64,000 nucleotides of DNA from Mobula hypostoma (lineage: Eukaryota): NCBI RefSeq assembly GCF_963921235.1, contig NC_086097.1, positions 239,508,001 through 239,572,000 of the forward strand, given 5' to 3'. Of the stretch, positions 63,308 to 64,000 are shown piece by piece. The notes beneath the pieces are model-generated. The model did no database searches. It had not been told where the DNA came from and saw nothing but the letters and a program-made list of their open reading frames with translations. Positions within the stretch are counted from its first letter, which is position 1. Each line of letters starts with the position of its first letter. The position numbers were made by a program, and so were the translations under genes.

Positions 63308-63910
63308 GATCGTGTCTAACAAGCCTGATAGAGTTCTTTGAGGAGATGACCAGGCATTTAGATGAGGGTAGTGCAGTGGATGTGATCTACATAGATTTTA
63401 GTAAGGCATTTGACAAGGTTCCACACGGTAGGCTTATTCAGAAAGTCAGAAGGCAAGGGATCCAGGGAAGTTTGGCCAGGTGGATTCAGAATTGGCTTGC
63501 CTGCAGAAGGCAGAGGGTCGTGGTGGAGGGAGTACATTCAGATTGGAGGGTTGTGACTAGTTGTGTCCCACAAGGATCAGTTCTGGGACCTCTACTTTTC
63601 GTGATTTTTATTAACGACCTGGATGTGGGGTAGAAGGGTGGGTTGGCAAGTTTGCAGATGACACAAAGGTTGGTGGTGTTGTAGAGGATTGTCAAAGTTT
63701 GCAGATGACACAAAGGTTGGTGGTGTTGTAGAGGATTGTCAAAGATTGCAGAGAGACATTGATAGGTTGCAGAAGTGGGCTGAGAAGTGGCAGATGGAGT
63801 TCAACCCGGAGAAGTGTGAGGTGGTACACTTTGGAAGGACAAACTCCAAGGCAGAGTACAAAGTAAATGGCAGGATACTTGGTAGTGTGGAGGAGCAGAG
63901 GGATCTGGGG
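63308..63910 (+). mobile_element. CR1 RT fragment, same subfamily as 13396-14524
   Basis: [37 protein letters not shown]. Confidence 0.95.
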
Positions 63911-64000
63911 TTAGTAAGTTGTGGGCATGCTTTGTTGGTGCTGGAATCCTGGCAACACTTGTGGGCAGCCCCGAGAACATCCTTGGACTGTGTTGGTCGT

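Overview
Eukaryotic, repeat-dominated intronic or intergenic DNA. The mix of CR1, Rex1/Babar, RTE, Penelope and Gypsy elements suggests a vertebrate, most likely a cartilaginous fish; this is inference. No host protein-coding gene, rRNA, tRNA or CRISPR array can be supported. Most of the window is nested retroelement debris: many 5'-truncated CR1 LINEs, Rex1/Babar and RTE LINE fragments, a Penelope RT/GIY-YIG fragment, two internally deleted Gypsy elements and several solo LTRs with readable target-site duplications (TSDs). A 12.2-kb 18-bp satellite (28413-40622) sits in the middle of a Rex1/Babar ORF and shows higher-order duplications. Main points of interest: (1) a family of Penelope-tail repeats carrying a minimal type-I hammerhead ribozyme motif, one copy apparently intact; (2) a miniature two-LTR Gypsy element with a Tf1/sushi-type self-priming signal that the 5' LTR has lost; (3) apparent in-situ birth of the satellite from LINE coding sequence; (4) an inverted duplication that preserves the empty insertion site of the mini-Gypsy; (5) a ~230-bp direct duplication flanking an insertion. 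LINE fragment boundaries are approximate; TSD-defined boundaries were read from the sequence.
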